A DNA stretch of 64,000 bases from IMG/VR virus record IMGVR_UViG_3300038345_000144; one strand, given 5' to 3'. This document shows, piece after piece, positions 37,808-47,376 of this stretch. The position numbers and the translations under genes are program-made. Source of the DNA: a virus (taxonomy: Duplodnaviria > Caudoviricetes). Within the stretch, counting starts at the first letter, position 1. Each line of letters opens with the position of its first letter. Below the pieces are notes generated by a model. That model made no database searches and had not been told where the DNA came from. It was given only the letters and a program-made list of their open reading frames with translations.

Positions 37808-38419
37808 TTATAAAAATGTTTCAAGTTGGTCTAACTTGTTTACTGTACCATCGTCATTAAAATCGACTATGGCTAATTGATAAACACAATATACATCGGT
37901 CTTCCCTCCGAAAAGGGAGTTTTTTATCGTATAGTGGTTAGGGCTATGAAGGTGTCCGTGTATAACTGTTTTAGGCTTGTTATCCTTGATATACTGGGAA
38001 ATTCCTTTTAACCCACAATGAGCGTCGTCTTTATTCGGGTTATATGGACCATCGTGGCAGAATAAGACATCGGCTTTAGGTAGGCTCTTACAGACTATTA
38101 TTCCCTCTGGCTGTTCATAGCCAAATGCCTGTGTCGGCTTATATCTATGGGAGCCATTCAGTCCCGTATAGTGAAAATTGCCCAATTCCATCAACTTATG
38201 GTCGAAATTAGGGATATTTTGTAGGGTATCAGGCATATCGTGGTTGCCATAAAGCCCGTACATCAGAATATCCTTAAAATGCTCTTTCATCTGATTGACT
38301 TCAGCAACATAATGGTCGCCCAACAGGATAACCCTGTCCAAATCCACTAATTTATCCTTATTTTTCTCATATACACCCCTATATATGCCGTGGGTGTCGG
38401 TTATTACTAAAACTCGCAT
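37808..38419 (-). CDS. calcineurin-like metallophosphoesterase
   Basis: DTH, GD, GNHD, H, GHLH motifs. Confidence 0.9.
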   Translation of the reverse strand: MRVLVITDTHGIYRGVYEKNKDKLVDLDRVILLGDHYVAEVNQMKEHFKDILMYGLYGNHDMPDTLQNIPNFDHKLMELGNFHYTGLNGSHRYKPTQAFGYEQPEGIIVCKSLPKADVLFCHDGPYNPNKDDAHCGLKGISQYIKDNKPKTVIHGHLHSPNHYTIKNSLFGGKTDVYCVYQLAIVDFNDDGTVNKLDQLETFL

Positions 38420-38446
38420 TGTATAAAATTCCTTTCACATTAAGTT

Positions 38447-38974
38447 TTATTCAGCAAATACACGGGCAAAGTTCTTGTCTTCTTCAGAAAAATGGAACTC
38501 TTTGCCTTTATAGTCTACTGAAATCTGATTGTTTGCGTCAACTGAATATCTAAATTTTTGAGAAATCAGGTTAATAATCTCTTCTTTTGGAAGTTGAACG
38601 GAAATAACAATACAATCGCTAAAGGCACATATCAAAATATTTGCATTATGCCCCGCAATTTGATTAAGTCCTTCTTCTAACTTCTCTATTTCTCTGGATT
38701 TAGGTAGTCTTTGAGTTGGGAATAAGCCGTCGGCAGAATTATACCAAATAAAGCCATTATGTTCGGCTCCCGCTTTGAAGTCTAACATTGTAGGGCTGGT
38801 ATTTAATAGGTCAGCAAGTTGGTCAATCTGTTGATTGTCCGTATAGTAAGTTGTTATTCCCCATTTAGACGATATACAAACTCCCCCTCCTAAACGGTTG
38901 CCAATAGGCTTTATTGTGCCGTCATATACTTCCATAGCGTCGTCCATCATAGTGACTAAATTATCAATTGTCAT
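38447..38974 (-). CDS. hypothetical protein
   Basis: start at MTIDN after GAGGAG; the longer start lies inside the terminator. Confidence 0.7.
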   Translation of the reverse strand: MTIDNLVTMMDDAMEVYDGTIKPIGNRLGGGVCISSKWGITTYYTDNQQIDQLADLLNTSPTMLDFKAGAEHNGFIWYNSADGLFPTQRLPKSREIEKLEEGLNQIAGHNANILICAFSDCIVISVQLPKEEIINLISQKFRYSVDANNQISVDYKGKEFHFSEEDKNFARVFAE

Positions 38975-38992
38975 ATGCCGTTTCTCCTCTCT

Positions 38993-39032
38993 AAAAAACA
39001 AAAGGAGATTGTGCATTTCTTACACAACCTCC
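38993..39032 (-). terminator. leader terminator between promoter and SD
   Basis: GGAGGTTGTGT-AAGAAAT-GCACAATCTCC-TTTTGTTTTTT. Confidence 0.75.
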
Positions 39033-39047
39033 ATCCAAGCATACCAT

Positions 39048-39065
39048 TATTATAATTAAATAGTC
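39048..39065 (-). promoter_or_regulatory. conserved promoter-like element (copy 3)
   Basis: GACTATTTAATTATAATA. Confidence 0.65.
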
Positions 39066-39084
39066 GTTCCTTGCCTTACACGAT

Positions 39085-39101
39085 TGTAACATAATTGTAA
39101 T
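39085..39101 (+). promoter_or_regulatory. TGTAAC-N5-TGTAAT box, inverted orientation
   Basis: tgtaac-ataat-tgtaat flanked by ttgcctta/taaggcaa. Confidence 0.6.
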
Positions 39102-39108
39102 ATAAGGC

Positions 39109-39150
39109 AAAAAGAAGAATAGTGCCTATCAAACCGATAGACACTATCCT
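39109..39150 (-). terminator. terminator of the pilus/adhesin operon
   Basis: AGGATAGTGTCTATC-GGTTT-GATAGGCACTATTCT-TCTTTTT. Confidence 0.8.
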
Positions 39151-39169
39151 TTAGTTAGTTAAACCACGA

Positions 39170-42100
39170 TTAAGCAGTTTCTTCAGCACCGTCTTCTCTC
39201 TTCTTTTTGAAGATAAAGACCTTCATCATACCAGCCATCATTATGCAGATAATAATGACAAATGTTGTGGTTGAAGTGTCCTTGAAGCCCGTAGGACTTG
39301 GGACAACTGAACCTGTGATATGGTATGTTTCATTACTGTTATAGTAATACTCTTCAGGGAGGTCAATACCGTTGAAGGAGATAACCTGACCCTTATTTAC
39401 GATAAGAGTATTAGGGATAGCAGTATTAACTGTGCAAGGAATACCGATTGTGTAGGAAGACCTACCAGAAGTAGAACTACCCAACATACCGAACTTGACT
39501 GTTAATTTATTGCCATCGACAGTAACCGTAATGTTGTCATAACTGCTCAAAGGCTTATCGTTAATCAAGATGTTTGCCTCATCTATTGTTACAGAAGCAG
39601 GGAGATTATCAGTAACGATTACATCAGTTAAGTCTGTATTCTCTCTGTTCTCAACCTTCAATGAGTACAAGAGCATATCGTCCTTGAATACTTCGTGCGG
39701 TGCTGTTTCTGTACCACTTTCAGGGTTAGAAGTGAGCGTTACAAGAAGTTCAGGTAAATGAATTGTAGCATATGTTGTATTTACGGAAGGAGACTGCTCA
39801 ACGAATGTTCCGTTCTTCTTCTCATCACGATAGAGAGTAGCGGTATTGTTGACCTGTGTTTCCTCGAAAATAGCATCTGCCTTCTCATAGATTACGATGT
39901 TAAATGCTCTTGCGGAGGAGCCATTACCTAAAATGAACTGCTCGCCGTTGACATCCTTACTGTAATCTACAACGATACCATAGACCTTCAATCCCGTAGG
40001 AATAGTCTTTGTCCAACCGTGCTCTGTGTCAATGTTATCAAAATCAGGTTCAGGGTCTAATGAGTACCAAACTTCACCCTTTGATGTTGTTGCAGTACCA
40101 TCAGGCTTGTAACCACCGATTGTAGGAACATAAACGCTCTGGAGTGTACCAGCACCGTCTAACTTATCCTTGATAACCATATTTGTAGAGATGGTATCTT
40201 GGCTCTGACCATAGAAAATCTTGTAAGAATAGTTCTCACCTGGAACGATATTTACAGTAGAAGAATACTGGTTATTACCACGGGCAACTGAACCAAACAA
40301 ACCATAAGCCTCTGCCTGTGGAGCGTAGTAATACAATGTTGTTGCCGCAGTTGATACATAGTAATCGTCTCTGTACTGCTCGTACAAGTCAGCATAATAC
40401 TGTCTGTCCATTCTCATATTTCCATAGTAAGTATAGATGTTGTCATATACCTCGTCCATATTAGAAGTATTGACGAAGAACATAGAGATATTACCCTCTG
40501 TTCCCAATATGAGAGCGTCTTGGTATGTACGCTGTGTTAAGAACTCTACATATACCTGTGAGTATTTAATATCGTGCATTGTGACGATAAGCATTGTTCT
40601 ACCACTATTCTGCCAGTTGTTGACAAACTCGTAGTCATAGAACTCGGTAGAAATTCCATAACCGTCCTTACTTGAGTCGTTATTGTTATTACCAATCAAG
40701 TAAACGGCTGAAGGGTTAGGTGATGCCTCTGGTAAGAGTACATAGAAAATACCTGAACCAATCGGAGTTGTTGGAGTATTTCTGTCAGCGTGGTAGTTTC
40801 TTACGCCTGCAAATGCCCAAATACTTGAAACTCTGTTTGTAGGGTCTTCAGTTCTTTCATTGTTCTTGATACTGGAGTCAATAGACAATGCTGAAGATGG
40901 CAACTTGACAAGTTCATACAAGTCCTCAAATGCGTTAGGGTCAGTGTGTGTATGGTTCAAAACATAGTGCTGTGACTCCATACTTGCCTCGTCAAAGTTG
41001 AGGTCCAAATGACAACCAAGTTTAATTACTGTGGAAGCGTTAATATCAAAGTCAGACTGTACCTGTGTCTTTACTCTTGCAGAAGACTTTAAGGTAACGA
41101 ACGGGTCGAGCAATACTCTGATATAGAAGTGTTCAGAAGAGTCTGTAACGAACTTCCAAGCAATAGTACCTTCAGGGAGATTAACTGTTTGTGCTCTATT
41201 ACCCCAGTATTCATTCTCGGTAAATAAAATCCAATCAGTATCGCCTGCCCTCTTAACATAGATAGAGTAAGGAATATCGCTTACATAAGTATCTTTTTGC
41301 TTTAATGTCCAAGCGACATCTTCATTTGTACTTACATCAGCATCATAAATCTCGATTGTGAATGTGAGTTTTGAGAACTCATAGTCATTCTCGCCCAAAA
41401 TTATGTTACCGCAAGCAGGGTTCCACATATTGTAGTCATCGCCTGCACCAGAACTCAAGTAAACATCACCAATATCCATCCAGAGATTTACATTCTGGTT
41501 AACCCAACGGAATGTAGTATTTCCATCTGTATCAGTAAATGATGTCCACGGTGAAGTGTTCTGATACTTAACTGCCCACTCAAGTCCAGAAACGCCAGAA
41601 CCATTAAGGATTGCGTTCTGTGAGTGCTTTGTAGGCTCGTAACCAACTCTACCGATTGTGAAGTTAGCCTCATCTCTCTGATAGAGTGCAAAACGATAAT
41701 CTACTGCCTCTGCCTCGATGATATGTTCCTCACCATCAAAGATGACTTTAGCGGTATTGTGTACGATAGTTCTACCACTATCACCCAACAATGATGTAGG
41801 ATAACGGCAGAGAACATACATAGCACCGTAACCACTCTTACTATTTACACTATCACAATTCTTGTAAGTGCCTTGCTGACCATATCCAACAACTTCACCC
41901 TCGCAGTCGTCAACGACATAGAGAGCCATTGAAGAGTAGTCAGATGAAGGGCAATAGAAAGATGTAGAATAAGTCCATAATACATAGAAGTAGTCATCAG
42001 AGTCTTCAGGTCTTGAACCCCAACTATTCTGCCATACAGTATAAGAAGTACCTGTACCTCTTGTAGATGAATAGGAGTTACCGCTTCTTGGAGCAACTCT

Positions 42101-45100
42101 TACATTCATTTCATAAGACTTCTGTGTATCAAACTCACCATCGTTATCAGTATCAATCATAAAGATAACAGGGAAAGTGACATTTGTACCATAAGAAGTG
42201 TACTGTGATGAATAGTTAATTGTAATGTTAAGACCTGCTGAACTGTTAGACAAGTTCGCATTATTTACAATAGCCCAGTTGTTAGAGTCATAATCCTTAT
42301 AAGAGAAGAACATTTCACTTGATGTGTTAGGATATTGAGGTAACTCTGAAGCCAAGTCTGTGTTATTAGCATAGAAGATGGTCTTCGGAATGATAATCTG
42401 AATGTTTCCTTCAGGAATATCGTTACTGTTTTCCATTACATTGAACGCAACGTGCAAAGACGCTGTGTGTGAGTAACTACCATTTGCAAAATACAAGTGA
42501 CTTGCATCAATCTTATCAGAATTGTTTGCCCAATATGCAGAACACTCAAAAGAGATACCATTCTCATTGATTGTAGCAGTCATAGGCTCAAATACTGGAT
42601 GATACTTTGTACCGAGTGCGGGTTTTGTTGCAGTTGTGAGTTGGTTGCCCTCGTCATCAAACCAGCCTACAAGTCTCTGGTCTGCAACGGAAATACCAGG
42701 CAACGGTCCAAAAGTAACGCCTGCAACAACCTGTGTAGGTCTATAAGTTACACCGTCAATAGTAACGGCTGACTGATATACTCTACCATTTGTTGTGAAG
42801 TTGTTAGTGTAGCCTGAAACATCAAAGTAGACATAGCCACGCTCACCCCATTTAGCAACAAGCGTTGTGTCTTTCTTAAAGTATGATGCTGAAGCAGTTG
42901 AGTATGTTATTGTTGTACCATCTTCCTTTACCTCATACCAATACAAGAATGAATAATCATCTTTTGTAGGGATATAAGAACCAAGACCAACAGCACTATT
43001 ATAAGGAACTGTTATTGCCTCGATTTCGGAACCGCCCTGTGTATCAAATGTGATTGTAACAGGTTCGTGGTTATCTTCTTCAGGGTTGTATGGGTTATAC
43101 GGATTATCCTCTGGGTCAAGAGAGTCACCGTTTCGCTCCCAAACAGCGTGAAGAACATTGTTTGTAGTGAGGTCAAGAACAGTCTCGTTGACAATTACCT
43201 GATTACCGTCCTTATCTACCCACTTAACAAGGTCATAACCCTGTCTTGTAATTGAAGGCAAGTAAGTTACCAGATAATTTTTAACATCAGGGCTGTAACC
43301 TGAACCAGGATATACACAAGAATATGTTGAAGTCTGACCGTTGATTTCACAATCATACTCAAAAACAACTTTAGGTTCGAGCATAAGGTAAATATCAGCA
43401 GTATCACCATAAGTTACACGGTAATCATAAGCATAAACATAGTCATAATGATACTTTCCGTTACCATCATCAACATAAACGCTGTTATAACTATATCTAC
43501 CAATCTGCTTTGACCAGTCAATACTGTTTGTGTTAGGGTCAATAGGGTCATCAACGGCAAACAATGTAGAATATACATATCCGAACTTGTCTTCAGGCTT
43601 GAATTCGTTATTGCTTGTAAGACCGTCAACATAGTTATTTGACCACTTGAAAGTAGAACCGCTTAAATAAATGCTGAAATATGTTGAGAAGTTGTTGTGT
43701 GTCCAGTTATCATTACTATTTCCTCTGTTATAAGGAACTGCAAGAACTAACTCTCCGTCCTTGTACCACTGTCCATAGAACTTAACTTCAATATCTTCAG
43801 GGTTCTCATATTGAGAAGTTACATAATCAGCATAATGCACTCTCAAATAGACAGGAGGCATTATATAAGCATAAATGTCGCAACTTTCGTTGAATTTAGT
43901 GTTGTACTGATGTACTAATCCCCACGGATTGTCGTCCTCACCATTATAGGAATAACTAATTCCACTATCTTCATTGTAGAAGGTATAACCATTTTGAGAG
44001 AAGATTTCCTTACCGCTTTCAAAGTCACAATCACTACGCTTACTCCAGAACATAACGGTATCATCACCGAGTCTCTGGTTATAAGCAATACCAAAATCAA
44101 TAAACTTTGCACCTGTTGTAGTTTCAATAATTACAGGGTCATACATCTGTGTACCGTCATAGGCATTGACATAATGAAGCGTAACTGTGATATTTTCAAT
44201 TTTTCTCCACTGTGCGTAAAGAGTGATTGTTTCACCAGTCTGTGCTAATCCCTGAACACCGTCAGAAACCGCATAAGAAGTACCAGTGCCGTCAGCAGAG
44301 GTATTGTAACCTGTGAGTATGTATTCAGCATCAGAACTGAAAGCATTTGACAAAAAATATAACTCGTCAATAGCCAATGTCTTTGTAATAGGCTCAAGTC
44401 CTTCTCTATTACCATCAATAATCAATGTGTAAGTGTCGGAAACATCCCAGTGAGCATACAAAGAAGTAGCAGTCATTTCAGGGTCATATTCCTCATATTT
44501 GTTGTCGCTTGAGTCATACCAACCTGTGAATGTATAGCCGTTTCTTGTAGCCGTAGGGAATGAGAAATCAGTTGTTTCAGTAGTAATATTGAGGGCATTG
44601 AAGGAAATTTCGCCACCATTACCATAGAAGTTAATTGTCTTCTGAACCTTTACCCAAGTACCAGCATATTTAGGTAAGAAACCGTTACCTAAAAGTGTGT
44701 TAAGAGGCATTGTTGTATTGTCAGAAAGTCTTACCCAGTCCATAGTATAAGATGAACCATCAGTTGTAGTCCAAGCCTTATATCCCATACTGGTTGATAA
44801 ACGGTTAGACCAACCTCTACCAACGATAACCTTATTAAGACTATTACAGCCACCCAAGAAGTAGCCCCAATATGCACCTGTATAAACCGTCCAACCAGAA
44901 AGGTCAACTGTTGTAAGGTTAGTACAGCCATTAAATACATTAGCACCGCCCCAAGAAGTATCTGTAAGACCTGTCAAATCCCAATTAAATTTAGGGAAAG
45001 TAGTCAAACTGGTACAATTTTGGAACATACCATATATAGTAGTTACCTTGTGCATATCCATCGGTAAGTCTACTGTGGTTAATGCTCCGTCATTTAAGAA

Positions 45101-46189
45101 CATTTCCTTTGCTGTGGTAAGATTACCAGTATTAGAAGGCATCTTAACTGACTCAAGACCAGGCATATAACCAAACATACCCTCCATAGTAGTAGCACTA
45201 CTAAAGTCACAGTCACTAAAATCAACCGACTTTAATTTAGGGCAGTTATTACCATATTTATTACCAAATAACCAAGAAAAATCGGAAACTTGGCTGACAT
45301 CAAACTTGTAGAAATCTACAATATTTTCCAAGTTCTTAAAGTCAGAGAAAATACCGTTATAACCCCAGAAACTATCGCCGTGACGGAGTGTAGTTGCACC
45401 AGTAATATAATCTTTGAAGATAATAGTTTTAACTAAATCAGTGTTCTGATAGTATGTATCGCCAACTAAACGACCATTATCTCTCAAAAGTTTAATGCTG
45501 TTGTTTCCGTTAGATAATGCACCATAAGTCTCTGTGTCAGGAGTATTACCCTTCTGAATTACAAGAGTACCGTCGGCATACAAAACAGAATATGCGTCTG
45601 TACCCAAAATTGCGGGTTCAGTACCTCTTGTAGCACCTCTTGAAGGCTCTTCTTCAGGTTCTTCTCCATCAGGATTTTCTCCATCGGGATTTTCAGCGTC
45701 AGGTGTTTGTTCATCAGGGGAACCAGCATCGGCAGGAGTTTCGCCGTCTGTTCCATCTGAATTACCACTTGTATCACCGTCAGTAGTACCATCGGTTGTT
45801 CCGTCGGTATTACCGTCCTGTCCTGCGGGAGCACCTAAAGGTCCTTGCTGACCTTCCTCACCATTATTATCAGGTGCGGGAGTGCTGTCTCCATCATCAG
45901 CAGGGTTTTCGGGTGTTTCCCCGTCTACGCTGTTTGCTCCGTTTGTGGTAGGGTTCTCTGTACCATCGTCCTGAATTGTCGCAGGGTCAGGTTTATCACC
46001 ATCCGTATCGGAGTTCTCACTACCGTTGTCAGAAGAAGGAGCCTTGTCGGGAGTCTCTGTATCAACTACTGTTGTTGCAGTTGTAGGGTCTCCTGACTCT
46101 AACTCATCTGCCATTACTGTAATACTTCCGCTAAAAATATTGATAACGAAAATAGGAAGTAAAGCAAGAGTTAATAATCTTTTCTTCAT
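39170..46189 (-). CDS. large sortase-anchored surface adhesin (2339 aa)
   Basis: signal peptide; D/G/E/P-rich linker; BspA/DUF285-like LRRs (M..MF..C..L..VD); InlB-B/Listeria-Bacteroides repeats (F..NGG...TR.GYTF.GWY...LYA.W); DUF11-like domain (V.VTDNLP); VPSPTG + TM + KKKR. Confidence 0.85.
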   Translation of the reverse strand: MKKRLLTLALLPIFVINIFSGSITVMADELESGDPTTATTVVDTETPDKAPSSDNGSENSDTDGDKPDPATIQDDGTENPTTNGANSVDGETPENPADDGDSTPAPDNNGEEGQQGPLGAPAGQDGNTDGTTDGTTDGDTSGNSDGTDGETPADAGSPDEQTPDAENPDGENPDGEEPEEEPSRGATRGTEPAILGTDAYSVLYADGTLVIQKGNTPDTETYGALSNGNNSIKLLRDNGRLVGDTYYQNTDLVKTIIFKDYITGATTLRHGDSFWGYNGIFSDFKNLENIVDFYKFDVSQVSDFSWLFGNKYGNNCPKLKSVDFSDCDFSSATTMEGMFGYMPGLESVKMPSNTGNLTTAKEMFLNDGALTTVDLPMDMHKVTTIYGMFQNCTSLTTFPKFNWDLTGLTDTSWGGANVFNGCTNLTTVDLSGWTVYTGAYWGYFLGGCNSLNKVIVGRGWSNRLSTSMGYKAWTTTDGSSYTMDWVRLSDNTTMPLNTLLGNGFLPKYAGTWVKVQKTINFYGNGGEISFNALNITTETTDFSFPTATRNGYTFTGWYDSSDNKYEEYDPEMTATSLYAHWDVSDTYTLIIDGNREGLEPITKTLAIDELYFLSNAFSSDAEYILTGYNTSADGTGTSYAVSDGVQGLAQTGETITLYAQWRKIENITVTLHYVNAYDGTQMYDPVIIETTTGAKFIDFGIAYNQRLGDDTVMFWSKRSDCDFESGKEIFSQNGYTFYNEDSGISYSYNGEDDNPWGLVHQYNTKFNESCDIYAYIMPPVYLRVHYADYVTSQYENPEDIEVKFYGQWYKDGELVLAVPYNRGNSNDNWTHNNFSTYFSIYLSGSTFKWSNNYVDGLTSNNEFKPEDKFGYVYSTLFAVDDPIDPNTNSIDWSKQIGRYSYNSVYVDDGNGKYHYDYVYAYDYRVTYGDTADIYLMLEPKVVFEYDCEINGQTSTYSCVYPGSGYSPDVKNYLVTYLPSITRQGYDLVKWVDKDGNQVIVNETVLDLTTNNVLHAVWERNGDSLDPEDNPYNPYNPEEDNHEPVTITFDTQGGSEIEAITVPYNSAVGLGSYIPTKDDYSFLYWYEVKEDGTTITYSTASASYFKKDTTLVAKWGERGYVYFDVSGYTNNFTTNGRVYQSAVTIDGVTYRPTQVVAGVTFGPLPGISVADQRLVGWFDDEGNQLTTATKPALGTKYHPVFEPMTATINENGISFECSAYWANNSDKIDASHLYFANGSYSHTASLHVAFNVMENSNDIPEGNIQIIIPKTIFYANNTDLASELPQYPNTSSEMFFSYKDYDSNNWAIVNNANLSNSSAGLNITINYSSQYTSYGTNVTFPVIFMIDTDNDGEFDTQKSYEMNVRVAPRSGNSYSSTRGTGTSYTVWQNSWGSRPEDSDDYFYVLWTYSTSFYCPSSDYSSMALYVVDDCEGEVVGYGQQGTYKNCDSVNSKSGYGAMYVLCRYPTSLLGDSGRTIVHNTAKVIFDGEEHIIEAEAVDYRFALYQRDEANFTIGRVGYEPTKHSQNAILNGSGVSGLEWAVKYQNTSPWTSFTDTDGNTTFRWVNQNVNLWMDIGDVYLSSGAGDDYNMWNPACGNIILGENDYEFSKLTFTIEIYDADVSTNEDVAWTLKQKDTYVSDIPYSIYVKRAGDTDWILFTENEYWGNRAQTVNLPEGTIAWKFVTDSSEHFYIRVLLDPFVTLKSSARVKTQVQSDFDINASTVIKLGCHLDLNFDEASMESQHYVLNHTHTDPNAFEDLYELVKLPSSALSIDSSIKNNERTEDPTNRVSSIWAFAGVRNYHADRNTPTTPIGSGIFYVLLPEASPNPSAVYLIGNNNNDSSKDGYGISTEFYDYEFVNNWQNSGRTMLIVTMHDIKYSQVYVEFLTQRTYQDALILGTEGNISMFFVNTSNMDEVYDNIYTYYGNMRMDRQYYADLYEQYRDDYYVSTAATTLYYYAPQAEAYGLFGSVARGNNQYSSTVNIVPGENYSYKIFYGQSQDTISTNMVIKDKLDGAGTLQSVYVPTIGGYKPDGTATTSKGEVWYSLDPEPDFDNIDTEHGWTKTIPTGLKVYGIVVDYSKDVNGEQFILGNGSSARAFNIVIYEKADAIFEETQVNNTATLYRDEKKNGTFVEQSPSVNTTYATIHLPELLVTLTSNPESGTETAPHEVFKDDMLLYSLKVENRENTDLTDVIVTDNLPASVTIDEANILINDKPLSSYDNITVTVDGNKLTVKFGMLGSSTSGRSSYTIGIPCTVNTAIPNTLIVNKGQVISFNGIDLPEEYYYNSNETYHITGSVVPSPTGFKDTSTTTFVIIICIMMAGMMKVFIFKKKREDGAEETA

Positions 46190-46190
46190 T

Positions 46191-46844
46191 CTAAATTTCC
46201 TCCAATTTTGTTATAAGTATAAGCCTATCTGTTCCTTCGCCTATGCAAGTGGATAATATCAAGTATCTTCCATCTGCAAGGTCATATTTCGCTTTTAAGA
46301 ATTCTAAATTATGTTTTACATAAAGGTTATCGTAAGCACTGATTTTATCAGTAAATAGTGGTGTGATACTGTAAGTTTTGTTTTCTGTTATAAAAGTTCC
46401 TGTCTGATGAGTTGATAGATAATTTTCATCCATAAAGTCATCAAGATTTCCAAACATTAGCCCGCCTGTCATATGGTGTCCGTAGATAACGATATAATCA
46501 TCATCTAAAGTGGCATCAGCGTCTATATAGAGCGAGCCTGTTAAACTACTGTTTCCATATAAATCTCTATTCAAGTAATTATATGTATCAGTGGCTTGTA
46601 GTACAGGGTAATCAATATTGGTGTTATCTATTGTTAGCCACCCTACTACATCAGGGTTGATTTGTTTTAGTTTTTCCAGAGAGAACTCTTCCTCGGCTAC
46701 TGGCTTGACCTCTGAATAAGTCTCGGCTTTTGCTCGCTTTTGGATTGTTGCACTGTCATACAAGAAAAACAGCATTATGGTTACAACAACCGCACAAAAG
46801 AGTTCAATGAGTGTAGTTACTACGAAATTTAACTTCTTCATCAT
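46191..46844 (-). CDS. srtB: class B sortase
   Basis: N-terminal TM; NPDVVGWL.I..T.IDYPVLQ; IYGHHM..G.MFG.L; LSTC...R. Confidence 0.9.
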   Translation of the reverse strand: MMKKLNFVVTTLIELFCAVVVTIMLFFLYDSATIQKRAKAETYSEVKPVAEEEFSLEKLKQINPDVVGWLTIDNTNIDYPVLQATDTYNYLNRDLYGNSSLTGSLYIDADATLDDDYIVIYGHHMTGGLMFGNLDDFMDENYLSTHQTGTFITENKTYSITPLFTDKISAYDNLYVKHNLEFLKAKYDLADGRYLILSTCIGEGTDRLILITKLEEI

Positions 46845-47347
46845 AGTCCAAAGCGTCTCACATCAAGTATTACTACACCAACTATCTGACTTTTATCAAT
46901 AACTCCGAAATCTCGGCTGTCCGTATGAAACTCTCGGTTATCACACAAAACATAGTATTGATTTTCTCCTAAAGTAACCTTGTAGTCGCTATTGGAGTTG
47001 TCAGAAGTATAAATATTATCTTCATACACCAAATAGTTATTCTGGAAAACACTACCACTCTGACTTACATAAATCTCGTTATTTGGGGTTCCTACGAGTC
47101 GTCCGATGTATAATTCACCGTTGTATTTATAAACAACCACATCTCGTAAGGTAAAATCCGAGTTAATTCTCGAATAAACTACGGTGTCGTGAAACTTAAT
47201 GTTTGGCGACATACTATCGGAGTCCTGCGTAGTTACACCAATAACGAAAGTAAAGGTTATAATCAGCATTAGTAGAAAAACACCAAGTTTTGCTACTATC
47301 TCAACACCAGTTGAGTGCTTTTTTGTAAATTCCTTTATCTTATTCAC
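46841..47347 (-). CDS. signal peptidase I-like pilus chaperone (SipA/LepA type)
   Basis: SMSP, DVVVY, YIGRLVG (catalytic K replaced by G), DNR...DSR.FG. Confidence 0.8.
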   Translation of the reverse strand: MNKIKEFTKKHSTGVEIVAKLGVFLLMLIITFTFVIGVTTQDSDSMSPNIKFHDTVVYSRINSDFTLRDVVVYKYNGELYIGRLVGTPNNEIYVSQSGSVFQNNYLVYEDNIYTSDNSNSDYKVTLGENQYYVLCDNREFHTDSRDFGVIDKSQIVGVVILDVRRFGL

Positions 47348-47376
47348 TTAACTTCCCTACCCATCTTAATTAGTTA

